NCBI GenBank assembly: GCA_963703225.1
Contig: OY969801.1
Location: 2,816,001 to 2,880,000, forward strand
Source of the DNA: Candidatus Eiseniibacteriota bacterium
GTDB lineage: Bacteria; Eisenbacteria; RBG-16-71-46; SZUA-252
Length of the DNA: 64,000 nucleotides
Direction of reading: 5' to 3'
Shown here: in pieces, positions 51,352 to 60,704 of the stretch
How positions within the stretch are numbered: the first letter of the stretch is position 1
Layout of the letters: every line of letters starts with the position of its first letter
Program-made: the position numbers and the translations under genes
Notes under the pieces: generated by a model
Seen by the model: the letters and a program-made list of their open reading frames with translations, nothing else
Database searches by the model: none
Told to the model about the DNA's origin: nothing

Positions 51352-52074
51352 TCAGCGGACCCTCACAAGCCGCCGCACGCTGTTCACCTCGCTACTCTCA
51401 AGTCTTGCAAAATAGACGCCAGACGCCGCCATGGCTCCGTCTTGTGTCTCTCCCGTCCATGAGAGATCGTGCGTACCGGCGAGCATCCTAGCGTCTGCTA
51501 ACGTAGCGACAACTCGACCTTGGACATCGTAGATCCGCAGACTCACGTCAGCGGGCTCCCGAAGCTCAAATCGCAGCGCGACGACTTGGCCCGATGGATT
51601 TGGCGTAAGCGCGAAGCCAAGTCTTTGCTCCGTCTCTGATGGAGCAACCCCGACGACGCTGGGAGCCAGGTAGCCCGACCACGAGAAACGTGTGGGGCCA
51701 TTGTCGGGAACTTGAAGTGTGAGGCGATGGCCCGCTCGAAAGACGAGCCCGGTTGTGAGCGAAAGGTCATTGCACGATAGGGCACCGCCTCCACGTACGG
51801 GGCGGGTCAGAATGTATCGAAGCACAGTCTCGTCATACAGAAGAACTTCGTTGATGGTGGCCTCGGTCGTCATGTCCGTGAGAATGAACGATTGGCCCGG
51901 GGGTACCGTGTAGAACATCTTTTCATATCCATTCGCGAACGACACCGAGTCAACACCGCTGACCATGTTTGATGGATGAGTGACCTGCGCATTGGCAGGC
52001 GACGTTGCGGCGATGACGAGCGCGCAGAGGACTAGCGCGGCGCGTATAGAGGCTAAGAATCTAGAGCGGCGCAT
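51352..52074 (-). CDS. Secreted protein with FlgD CTD
   Basis: Signal peptide, TPNP...IYDVQGRVV...SGVYF...LVRVR. Confidence 0.75.
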   Translation of the reverse strand: MRRSRFLASIRAALVLCALVIAATSPANAQVTHPSNMVSGVDSVSFANGYEKMFYTVPPGQSFILTDMTTEATINEVLLYDETVLRYILTRPVRGGGALSCNDLSLTTGLVFRAGHRLTLQVPDNGPTRFSWSGYLAPSVVGVAPSETEQRLGFALTPNPSGQVVALRFELREPADVSLRIYDVQGRVVATLADARMLAGTHDLSWTGETQDGAMAASGVYFARLESSEVNSVRRLVRVR

Positions 52075-52186
52075 CGATACCGAGAGCTGGGGCACAGTCG
52101 CCTCCTTTCGACCAGGCGGGACTACCCCGCCGGCTCGACGGGAGGCTAACGGGCGCCAGGCCAACCGTCAAACGGCCCCGCGGGGG

Positions 52187-52615
52187 CTAGAACCAACTCC
52201 AGTTGTATGTGTTGGTGAAGGAGCCCCGGATACGGAGCATCTTGAAGCGGGCGCCGCTTGTGCCTGGGTAGTTCTTAAAGCTGACGTCGAAGAAGTACCA
52301 GCCGCTCGGCGCAGTCACACCTGCATCGCTTCGCCCGTCCCAATCGATGACGAAACCACCCCCATAGTTCACATAACTCCAATGCCGGAGCATGTGCCCA
52401 CGCACGTCAAACACCCTGATTTGCATCTCGGGTGGTAGCGGCGGTGGATTGAGGCTCTCGGGCATCTCGATACGGAAACGCTGCGTGAATGGGTTGGGAT
52501 ATGCGCGCCATCCAACGGGTGCGTCCGGGGAGGCAGAGGCAGGAGTCCCGGGCCAGCCGGCCAGGGGCAAGAGCACTAACGCAACCCAGAAGAATCGTCC
52601 GGAGTGGGACAGCAT
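52187..52615 (-). CDS. Small secreted protein consisting essentially of a FlgD-like domain
   Basis: Signal peptide, then AYPNPF...VFDVRGHMLR...WDGRSD...SGWYF. Confidence 0.65.
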   Translation of the reverse strand: MLSHSGRFFWVALVLLPLAGWPGTPASASPDAPVGWRAYPNPFTQRFRIEMPESLNPPPLPPEMQIRVFDVRGHMLRHWSYVNYGGGFVIDWDGRSDAGVTAPSGWYFFDVSFKNYPGTSGARFKMLRIRGSFTNTYNWSWF

Positions 52616-52691
52616 GCGACCCCCGAGCCGAAGTTCGAGTCTAGCCGTTGGTAATTCTACTCCCTGGGAACGATTCCTCCTAGACTGCCCC

Positions 52692-54398
52692 TCAGAACTC
52701 CTTCTTCCCCCACCTCGGCGGCCACTCCAAGCCCTCGTGGCGCATGTCCTGGAGGAGCTGCCACATGATCGGCCGATCTTCGGGGCGGAGTTCTGAGTGG
52801 ACCCACACACTCGACTGTCGCCGCTCATGCTCTGACGCGATCCAGTCGTATGTGAAGGCCAACGAGTAGTGCTTCGTCCCTGTTCGGATGTACCGGTAGC
52901 TCTTGGCCCCTGTCTCCTCATCCTCGATCAGCTTCTTCGCGTCCGAGGCTAGGTGTTCGGCGAACTCCTCGATGAGGGGCAGACGACGCGGCAGCGCGAC
53001 TGCCCCGTCCCGGATCCCCTTCTTCGCCGAGTCCAACGCCTCCGTCCGGTTCACCTGGACGATGTGTTGCTCCTTGTCCCACTTGGCCGAGCCTTTTTGA
53101 TTCTCGTGGAAATAGTTCAACCAGACGCGACCCCGATGTCTCCCCGCAAAGGCCCTCGTCGCGTGGATTTCTGGCAGGGCGTCGATCACGCACTTCGAGA
53201 CCTTGAAACGGTCCATCAAGGAGTCGAGCTCGTCGAATCCCTGGGCCGCCCCGATGTAGAGGATTTCGCGCTTCTTTTCGACCCCCTTGGGATCGATCCG
53301 CCGGCTGATCACGACGTGAAGCTCCTTCCCCGTGTCGACGCCCATCGTGCAGGAGCGATCCGAGCGCTCGAGGAGTCCCGAGTCGCCGCAGAGGGCCAAG
53401 ACCTCGTGGGTCGAGAGCTTGTGCTCCACGTCCACCCACGGGATCCCGATCTTGAGCGTGTAGAAGCGCTCGGGGTTGCAGGTCTTCCGGTACTCGCGAA
53501 GAATCTCTCCTGGGTCGATCTTGGGACTGAAGAGCTGGGAGATGCGATAGCCGTGTACGGGTCGGCCCGGATAGTCGGCGACCCATTCTCCATCCCCGGG
53601 GTCGAGATCGCAGCCGCAAGAGGAACAGATGAGGCATCCCGACCCGTCGTCCCTCTCCCCGATCATCCGGACCTCCTCCCCGAGCTTGGTCGGGAACTCC
53701 CGCTCCGGAGCCGTCCACTTCCCGCAGCTTGGGCACCTCAGGGTCCAGTGGCGCTGGTCGCTCTCCTGATACGCCTCGTCGATCCCGTAGCCCGGGATGG
53801 AGGGGTTCGAGAGCTCGATGATCCGTCGGTAATCCGAGTGGCTGAGCCGCTCCTTGGCCAAGGTCTTGGCGTCGGGCGAGGCCTCATCCAACTCATCGAA
53901 AACCAGCATGTCCAACGGGATCGACTTCATGCCAATCGAGGACTGCATCCCGCGAAGGTAGAGATGGGCGTCTCCGATCCGTTTAAGGCCCGCCGTGTCG
54001 GTGTCGGTCAGAGCCTTCTGGAGGAACGAATTGTCCGCTACGAGCGGCGTGACCCGTGCCTTCGAGAACTCCAGGACGTCCGTCTTGGTGGGGAAGTAGT
54101 AGCCGACGTTGAGCCCGGAGAGGCATGCGTGAAGGGATCGGAGGATCGCCCAGGTGGTTCCGCCGACCTGCGAGGCCTTCGAAAGCACGACGTGGGGCGA
54201 GACGTCATCGTAGATCGCTCGGAGAAACTCATGCCCCTCGAAGGAGAAGGGCCTCCCCTCCAGCCGGATCCTTCGCTCGGACCAGAGGGCGAGGGGCTCG
54301 GAGGCCGCCCTAGTGGCCGGGCTCGTCAGCTCGGAGAGCCTGGTCCTCAGGTATCCGCGAGAGGACAGAGAGGGCGACCCGTTCTCGGATAGCTTCAT
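52692..54398 (-). CDS. Phage terminase large subunit, GpA family (start uncertain)
   Basis: KASQVGGT (Walker A-like), LVFDELD (Walker B), ELSNP, SDQRHW..RCPSCG Zn-finger, MGVDTG nuclease motif. Confidence 0.85.
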   Translation of the reverse strand: MKLSENGSPSLSSRGYLRTRLSELTSPATRAASEPLALWSERRIRLEGRPFSFEGHEFLRAIYDDVSPHVVLSKASQVGGTTWAILRSLHACLSGLNVGYYFPTKTDVLEFSKARVTPLVADNSFLQKALTDTDTAGLKRIGDAHLYLRGMQSSIGMKSIPLDMLVFDELDEASPDAKTLAKERLSHSDYRRIIELSNPSIPGYGIDEAYQESDQRHWTLRCPSCGKWTAPEREFPTKLGEEVRMIGERDDGSGCLICSSCGCDLDPGDGEWVADYPGRPVHGYRISQLFSPKIDPGEILREYRKTCNPERFYTLKIGIPWVDVEHKLSTHEVLALCGDSGLLERSDRSCTMGVDTGKELHVVISRRIDPKGVEKKREILYIGAAQGFDELDSLMDRFKVSKCVIDALPEIHATRAFAGRHRGRVWLNYFHENQKGSAKWDKEQHIVQVNRTEALDSAKKGIRDGAVALPRRLPLIEEFAEHLASDAKKLIEDEETGAKSYRYIRTGTKHYSLAFTYDWIASEHERRQSSVWVHSELRPEDRPIMWQLLQDMRHEGLEWPPRWGKKEF

Positions 54399-54870
54399 CT
54401 ATCACGTGCTCCTTGAGGGCGGTGATGAAGAGGTCGATGAGCGTTCTCGTCTCGGCCTGGGCTTGGGCCCGGATGGCCTCTTCGGATTCCCCGTCGAGGG
54501 AGAGTCCCTTGGCGAGTCTCTGGCCCTTCTGGGCACGCTCGAGGACCGAGGCGATCCGCTCTGCGTTTCGCACGTCGAATCCCTGTGGATTCTTGATCCC
54601 GTCTGCCACCTGGCCGAGAAGCGCTTCCCAGAAGCGATAGTGCCGGACATTGAGCGCCACCCGGTCGGAGGCGATCTGCTCGGCCATCTTCTCCGCGGCC
54701 TTTCTATCGATGTGAAGTCTGAGCTCGTCCCAGCGTTCCTCCTTCCGCCACTGCCCTACCGTGTGGGGCTTCACGTGGAGATGCTTCGCGATCTCCGCGT
54801 TCGACTCCGTCGCCCCGGTTAGGAATAGCTCGCGGGCCTTCTCCCGAACCTTGGCGCTAGCTCGCGCCAT
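54310..54870 (-). CDS. HTH protein, probable terminase small subunit
   Basis: ARELFL...NAEIAKHLHVKPHTVGQWRKEERWDE. Lies directly upstream of the large subunit. Confidence 0.7.
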   Translation of the reverse strand: MARASAKVREKARELFLTGATESNAEIAKHLHVKPHTVGQWRKEERWDELRLHIDRKAAEKMAEQIASDRVALNVRHYRFWEALLGQVADGIKNPQGFDVRNAERIASVLERAQKGQRLAKGLSLDGESEEAIRAQAQAETRTLIDLFITALKEHVIDEAIRERVALSVLSRIPEDQALRADEPGH

Positions 54871-55531
54871 TGGGTTGAGCCTCGAGGAAATACTTGGCCA
54901 GGTTCGCGAGCCCGCGGGCCTTTCGGTCCCGACCAACGACGCCGTCCGAGGCCTGCTCGATCGCCGTGTCGATCATCTCCGCCTGTTCGTGGCTCACGAC
55001 GAAGTGGATCACGACAGGGAGCGACTTCTCCCGCTCTGCGGCTTCCTGAGCAAGTTGCTCGGCTATTTCCTCTGCCGGGAATTCGAGGAGCGAGTGGAGG
55101 TCGATGATCTCTGCCTCCGTCTCGGGAAGAAGTCCTCCCAGGTCCGAAGCAGACCATTCGCCCAAGAGCTCGTGGAGGAGTTGGGCGCGGCGAAGAGGCT
55201 GGTCCTGGCCCTCAAGGCGGTTCAAGGTCGCGAGGAGGAGCTTTGCCTCCCGATCGTCCACATCCCAGACATCGCAACGGGCCTCGGCATGGCCAAGCTC
55301 TCGCAGGATGGAAACCCGGTGGTGGCCGTCCAGAGTCTCGAACTTCCCTGCCTCGGTCGGGTGAGGGCGCACAATCAAGTACGGATAGCGGCTGGTGCGC
55401 CGGATGTGAGCGAGCAACTTCTCCCGGTACTCCGGCGACATCACGTTCGAGTTGAGGGGATGCGGCAGAAGATCGCCGAGCGGGATCTGTCGAGGACCAA
55501 TACGGCTCGGGGTACGCTCCCCTTCCATCAC
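54857..55531 (-). CDS. ParB/Srx N-terminal domain protein
   Basis: LLPHPLNSNVM, LIVRP, LDGHHR, LNRLEG. Confidence 0.8.
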   Translation of the reverse strand: MMEGERTPSRIGPRQIPLGDLLPHPLNSNVMSPEYREKLLAHIRRTSRYPYLIVRPHPTEAGKFETLDGHHRVSILRELGHAEARCDVWDVDDREAKLLLATLNRLEGQDQPLRRAQLLHELLGEWSASDLGGLLPETEAEIIDLHSLLEFPAEEIAEQLAQEAAEREKSLPVVIHFVVSHEQAEMIDTAIEQASDGVVGRDRKARGLANLAKYFLEAQPNGAS

Positions 55532-56631
55532 ACCGCCACCTCACGCAGCGTGCCCTCGAGCCGTACCGGCAACGTAGTCTCTGGGTCGACGCCGATCAAG
55601 AGGAACTCGCGATTCTTCTCCCTCTTCTCCTCCGTCGCGATCGCCGGCAGGTGCTGGTAGCGGATCGCGATCCCCTTGGTGACTCGGCCCAGGCGCGCCA
55701 TCTTGGATTCAAGCTCCTCCAGGCTCGCCACGGCATTGCCGAAGGAGAGAACCCAAATGGGGATGTGGACCGCGCGCTCGAGGAGACGGTCGATCATCGA
55801 GGCGCCGTCCCGCGCCGTGAACGGACTCGTCTCGCGCCCAGAGTCACCGAGCAGCTCGTCGATAACCTTGTACTCCTTCTCGTAGGACATCACTCCGCTG
55901 TACGGCGGATCAAAATAGGCAACGTCCGCCTGGATGGTGGGCAGGAGTTCCAGGATGTCTCCCTGGATGATGCGTCCCTTGCCCTCAAACACGCCAGCGT
56001 TCGTCTTCTGCGCCAGATGCCAGAGCCGATCGATGGTGTCGAGACGGAGGGCGTTGACGTAGTGACCTAGGCAAGAAGGTGTGATCGCCTCCCACTCGCC
56101 GGTCGAGGCGCGGTGCGCCGTTCCCTTCCGGACCTGGCTCATGGGATGAGCCAGCATGGCGACGCGGCTTGCGAGCAGTCGGTAGAGAGCGGCCTTGGCT
56201 ACGATCTTCGTCCGATCGGCCGCGCAGAGCAGCCTATCCAGCGCCGCACCGACGTTCTGGGTGAACACCTCGGGCACCCGGCACATCGCCCTGGGAGTCG
56301 TCTGGTCCAGCGGGATCGCAAGAACTCGAGCTAGATCCTCCCGAGTGAGCCGCACCGTACAGTTCTCAATCAGCGCCCTGCCGATCACGATCGCGCGTGT
56401 CGCTAGATCACAGCTCACAACGCTCATGCCGAGCGCCTTCGCGTAGAGCGAGACCGACCCGCCACCGAGGAACGCGTCGAGCAATGTGAGACGGATCCAG
56501 TGTTCGCGGGGAACGACGCGATCGATCTCGCGGAAGATGATGGGGCAGAGGCGCCGCTTCCCGCCGAGATACGGCGGCAGAGCAGTCCAATACGCTTGCC
56601 GACGTGCGTGCATTGCAGATGGATCTCCCAC
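55528..56631 (-). CDS. DNA adenine methyltransferase (Dam-like alpha group)
   Basis: PYLGGKRRL, DAFLGGGSVS, YFDPPY. Confidence 0.85.
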   Translation of the reverse strand: MGDPSAMHARRQAYWTALPPYLGGKRRLCPIIFREIDRVVPREHWIRLTLLDAFLGGGSVSLYAKALGMSVVSCDLATRAIVIGRALIENCTVRLTREDLARVLAIPLDQTTPRAMCRVPEVFTQNVGAALDRLLCAADRTKIVAKAALYRLLASRVAMLAHPMSQVRKGTAHRASTGEWEAITPSCLGHYVNALRLDTIDRLWHLAQKTNAGVFEGKGRIIQGDILELLPTIQADVAYFDPPYSGVMSYEKEYKVIDELLGDSGRETSPFTARDGASMIDRLLERAVHIPIWVLSFGNAVASLEELESKMARLGRVTKGIAIRYQHLPAIATEEKREKNREFLLIGVDPETTLPVRLEGTLREVAV

Positions 56632-56779
56632 AGCCGCCCGGTGCTTCTTCAGCCACTCTCGAAATCTGAATTCAATTCTAAGGGACCCTCTGCGCTTATC
56701 ACCACCAATTCGCGATCAATCGCGTCACTTCGGTCAGAATGCTGCGCCACCGATGGCAAGTATCACAAATCGCACCGGC

Positions 56780-56960
56780 GGCTTCCGTCACTTCTGGCAC
56801 CATTCTCCAGGAGTATGCCCACGCACGAGGTGCGGGAGGTCGATCGAGGATCGTTGATCCAACAACAACCAAGATCCCAAGGGTCTTTTAAGTGATCGGT
56901 GACGAAAGTGACAATTCCCAGGCGCTTGCTAGGAGATTGGTGACAAAAGTGCCGAAAGCC
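56780..56960. repeat. Imperfect ~29-bp inverted repeat with gtcac/gtgac boxes in a divergent intergenic region
   Basis: ggcttccgtcacttctggcaccattctcc (56780-56808) versus the reverse complement of 56932-56960 (ggctttcggcacttttgtcaccaatctcc). Confidence 0.65.
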
Positions 56961-57009
56961 TTGAGTCTTGTTGTTGACTCTCGCGCCCGTTCGGTGCTTT
57001 GCTTCGGAC

Positions 57010-58002
57010 ATGGATCCGCGCTACCGCGGCGTGCCTCTGGGCCCCGCAGATTCGGTGCCCATTAGTGTCTTCGATGCCTTCTACCCTGGACAGAAGCCTG
57101 TCTGGATACCCCTTGCTACTGGTCAGCGGCGCCTCGCACTGGAGCGCCAGATCGCTGAAAACCGGGCGGCCGAGCGGCGCGCGATGAAGAAGTACCGCGC
57201 CTGGCGCAAGGGAATCTACGAACGGTCACTCACTGCGATCCGGCTCCTCGATCTTAGTTACTTGCCGATGGTTGAGCACCCGTTCCGCGATGGGGAACTC
57301 ACGTACGACCTTGAGCTCCCACTGCGCGACCGCCACGGAGAACAAGTCTTCTGTGCACACGCTTCGAACGTGGAGGAACTCGAGCTTGCGATCCAGCATT
57401 GGTTCGCGGCCCTGACCTACCCCACGCGTGCGAGGGAGGAGCCCGAGCAACACGCACCGATGCATCCCGAAACGGAGGAGGCCGAGCGTGTTCGCGTCGC
57501 GGATCATTACGTGAGGAAGATCTTTCACGAGGATCTTCCGGTCGAGCAGCGCGATGCGCTTCTCGCGGTGATCTTCCAATGCAAATGGTTCGACATACCT
57601 CCCACCAGGCTTCGCAACTATTTCCGCGGTGTGATGCGGAAAGCGGCGGTGAGACGCTACCGGATCGCGCCGATGAGGCTTGGCGGTGTCCCAGCCATGA
57701 GGTTGGATGAACCCCTTCAAACTAATCCGACGGCGACGTTAATGGATACCGTCCCCGACCCGCACTCAGGGACCGGCCAAGACCAGGGGGGGATCGGAGC
57801 GCCGTGGAGGGAGCTATGGCAGTTCTGTAGCTCAATCCCACCCTCACAACCGAAGCTCCGGAAAATGGCGGGACTCCTCCTAAATCTCCTCGATGAGAAA
57901 GAGGCGGTTCAACATTACGGAAGTGGAGGTCTCGCGCAGTTGAAGCACCTTAAGCTTCAAGTACGCGCCTGGCGGGAAACCCGAGGAAAAGCGACCGGGT
58001 AG
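57010..58002 (+). CDS. Hypothetical protein, possibly with a sigma-factor-like C-terminal half
   Basis: Long ORF. RLDEPL...TLMDTVPD resembles sigma region 3. Confidence 0.5.
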   Translation: MDPRYRGVPLGPADSVPISVFDAFYPGQKPVWIPLATGQRRLALERQIAENRAAERRAMKKYRAWRKGIYERSLTAIRLLDLSYLPMVEHPFRDGELTYDLELPLRDRHGEQVFCAHASNVEELELAIQHWFAALTYPTRAREEPEQHAPMHPETEEAERVRVADHYVRKIFHEDLPVEQRDALLAVIFQCKWFDIPPTRLRNYFRGVMRKAAVRRYRIAPMRLGGVPAMRLDEPLQTNPTATLMDTVPDPHSGTGQDQGGIGAPWRELWQFCSSIPPSQPKLRKMAGLLLNLLDEKEAVQHYGSGGLAQLKHLKLQVRAWRETRGKATG

Positions 58003-58030
58003 CAGATTTTTTATCCAAGTCGGCTGTTTT

Positions 58031-58066
58031 GGCCGCCCTTCCAATAGGAGGGGCGGCCTTTTGTTT
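58031..58066 (+). terminator. Rho-independent terminator
   Basis: ggccgcccttcc-aata-ggaggggcggcc followed by ttttgttt. Confidence 0.7.
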
Positions 58067-58077
58067 GGAGGGGACAG

Positions 58078-58278
58078 ATGAAGGCGAGCGATCGGCGCCG
58101 GCTATACGAGCGAGCCGGAATCTTGATGATCACAAGAAGCATGGACCCGACACAGGCAATCATTGAGGCGGCTAGGCAACTCGGAATCGTCGGAGGGGGC
58201 GCGGCCTATCGAGGTCTAGGAACGTCGGATGGGAGAGTGAATGGCGAGCGGCCGCAAGATGAGGAACAGGGCTCGTGA
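58078..58278 (+). CDS. Small hypothetical protein
   Basis: ggagggg RBS, YERAGIL motif, stop overlaps the next start. Confidence 0.55.
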   Translation: MKASDRRRLYERAGILMITRSMDPTQAIIEAARQLGIVGGGAAYRGLGTSDGRVNGERPQDEEQGS

Positions 58279-60005
58279 GCGCGCATCGGCCTCACTTCGT
58301 CGGTGAGATTTTCGCGGGCCTTACGCCGGGCCAGCGCGCGCATGCGGAACGCATCATCGACGCATACTTCGCGAAGCACGGAGCCCTCTACCCGGAGACT
58401 GCGGACCCCGACGCCATCAGGCGGATTTGGGCGGCGGCCCGAGACGAGGCTCGCGCGCCGTCCGCGGCCCAGCCGGATCCGTCTGGCCAATGCCCGGAGG
58501 GATGGCAGGAGCCGATACCGCTTACTGACATTCGGGGGCTCCCGGACTTTCCTACCACGCTCCTCCCAACGTGGCTACGCAACTTCGTCGATGCTGTCGC
58601 GACTGAGATCCAGACGCCGCGCTGCGTGCCCGCCATGATCTGCTTTTCCGTCCTATCTGCCGCGCTAGCCCGTAAGGTCGCGATCCACGTGCGGGACAAC
58701 TGGGCGGAGCCGCTCAACACCTACGTCGCGATCGCGCTCGGCCCATCGAACCTCAAGACTCCCGCATTCAAGATGGCTTGCTCTCCGCTCGAAATATTCG
58801 AGCGGACAAAGGCTGCGGAGTTGCGACCGGCAATCGTCCAGTCCGAGAACGCCCGCGCGAATCTCCACGCGCTGCTTGAGGCGACGAGGAGGCGGGCCGC
58901 CCGCGGGAAGACGGAGGTGGAGCGGCGCGACGCGACGCGCGAGACGGAGAAGCTCGCCGAGCAGCTCGCGGACCTCCGCGTCCCTCGCGCCCCCCAGCTA
59001 ATCGCGAACGACGTGACGGAAGAATCCCTAGGCAAGCTACTCGCGGAGAACGACGGCCGCATCGCTGTCATGTCCGACGAGGGCGGGCCATTCCGCAACA
59101 TGGCGGGGCGATACCAGAAGAACGGAGCTCCCGTCTTCGAGAGCTTCAAGCATGGTCACAATGCGGGCACCGTGCGAGTCAATCGCGCCGGCCGCGAGCT
59201 GGTCCACGTGCCTAACGCGGCGATCACGCTGGCGCTCATGGTGCAACCGTCCGTCCTCCGCTCCCTGAGGCAAACGACCGAGTTCCGCGGCGAGGGCCTT
59301 CTCGCGAGATTTCTCTACGCCGTGCCGGAGAGCATGGTCGGAACCCGGAATTTGCGGGCCCAGGGAGTACCGCTCAACGTTGCACAGGAATACCGGGACC
59401 GAGTGACGGCGCTGCTGTGCCTGCCCTTCGGAACCAACGAGGACGGAGCGGCCGCACCAAACTTAATGGAGCTGACGGCCGAGGCACGGGAGCGACTGAT
59501 CGCGTTCCGTGAAAGCCTCGAACCGCGCCTGGGCCGGGGAGGCGACCTCTCCCACGTAGCTGACTGGGCGGGAAAGCTTGCCGGCGCGACAGGCAGGATC
59601 GCCGCGCTCCTGCACCTCTCGGAACTTGCTGGCGGGCCCGAGCCGTGGCGTACGCCCGTCACGACCGAGGCGATGGATGCCGGGGTCGCGATCGCACAGC
59701 AGTTCCTCCTCCCGCATGGCCTCGCCGCGTTCTCCGTGATCGGCGGCGGCCAGACATCGGACCTCGCCGAGGAGATCCTTGGCTGGATCCGCCGCCGTCG
59801 CGTCGGCCAGTTCACGAAGCGCGACCTGCATCGGCACATGCGAAGGCAGGTGGAGGGTTCGAAGGAGTGGGACGCGCCGCTCGGATTACTCGTGGAGCAC
59901 GTCTGGGTCCGGGAAATCGAGGGCGAGCCAAACCCGAAGGGCGGACGCCAGTCCAAGGAGTTCGAGGTCAACCCCGCGGTCTTCACGGAAAGAGGTGCGC
60001 CGTGA
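58275..60005 (+). CDS. YfjI/DUF3987 family (primase-associated helicase-like) protein
   Basis: FPTTLLP, EPLNTY...GPSNLKTP, DVTEESL, SDEGG, VNRAGR, GLLARFLY. Confidence 0.8.
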   Translation: MSAHRPHFVGEIFAGLTPGQRAHAERIIDAYFAKHGALYPETADPDAIRRIWAAARDEARAPSAAQPDPSGQCPEGWQEPIPLTDIRGLPDFPTTLLPTWLRNFVDAVATEIQTPRCVPAMICFSVLSAALARKVAIHVRDNWAEPLNTYVAIALGPSNLKTPAFKMACSPLEIFERTKAAELRPAIVQSENARANLHALLEATRRRAARGKTEVERRDATRETEKLAEQLADLRVPRAPQLIANDVTEESLGKLLAENDGRIAVMSDEGGPFRNMAGRYQKNGAPVFESFKHGHNAGTVRVNRAGRELVHVPNAAITLALMVQPSVLRSLRQTTEFRGEGLLARFLYAVPESMVGTRNLRAQGVPLNVAQEYRDRVTALLCLPFGTNEDGAAAPNLMELTAEARERLIAFRESLEPRLGRGGDLSHVADWAGKLAGATGRIAALLHLSELAGGPEPWRTPVTTEAMDAGVAIAQQFLLPHGLAAFSVIGGGQTSDLAEEILGWIRRRRVGQFTKRDLHRHMRRQVEGSKEWDAPLGLLVEHVWVREIEGEPNPKGGRQSKEFEVNPAVFTERGAP

Positions 60006-60206
60006 CGCACCCGGAAGAGTCGAATGAACTTTCCGACGAAGGCCTGCTCGCAGGGCTCGCCTCGATTCTGGCCACAGGCTACCTCCGCCTCCTCCTCAAC
60101 CAGGCGCCAAGCGCCCCAACTCTGGCACCGGGCGCGGCTTGTGGGCCGGCGAAATCCGTCAATCCTCCAGTGGATGTTCTCTCGCGGGAGAGCCCCAATT
60201 GTGGGG

Positions 60207-60704
60207 ATGGACGCCCCCACAAGCAGAGAGCCGCAGGCCGTCTTGATCGCCCGGCTGGCCGAGATCCAGGGCTGGAAGACGGGCCGGCTTCGGGAGGAGC
60301 TGACCCGCCTGTCCGGGTCGCCCGCAAGATCGTGGAACCGGCCATACCTGGTCCGGAAGGTCTCGTGGCTAACCCAGGCGAGAGAGCGTCAAAGTTCCGA
60401 CGGCGTCGAAGTTCCGACGCTTGTCCGCGAGGTTCGGGACGTGCCGAGGAGTCCGCGGCTCGACGCCCTTATCCGCGTCCTGCCGAACCGGGGCGTTCAG
60501 GATCCAAGACTCCCGAGGCCGGGTTCCGTGATCCTCCGCGATTACCGCGGGCTCCGGCTAACCGTGACGGTCCTGGAGCGAGGGTTTGAGTGGAACGGGC
60601 AGATCTACTCCTCCCTGACCGCCGTCGCCAAAGCGATAACCGGGACCCACTGGAACGGTCGACTATTCTTCGGCCTCTCACGACGGAAGCGGGATTCGAA
60701 GTGA
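60207..60704 (+). CDS. DUF2924 domain protein
   Basis: DPRLPRPGSVILRDYRG...GFEWNGQIYSSLTAVAKAITGTHWNGRLFFGL. Confidence 0.85.
   Translation: MDAPTSREPQAVLIARLAEIQGWKTGRLREELTRLSGSPARSWNRPYLVRKVSWLTQARERQSSDGVEVPTLVREVRDVPRSPRLDALIRVLPNRGVQDPRLPRPGSVILRDYRGLRLTVTVLERGFEWNGQIYSSLTAVAKAITGTHWNGRLFFGLSRRKRDSK

Noticed and set aside
52953..54392. Long antisense ORFs (also 7074-8249, 3824-4768, 39191-40132, 59315-60220)
   Set aside because: These are shadow frames of well-supported genes in high-GC DNA with no recognisable motifs.
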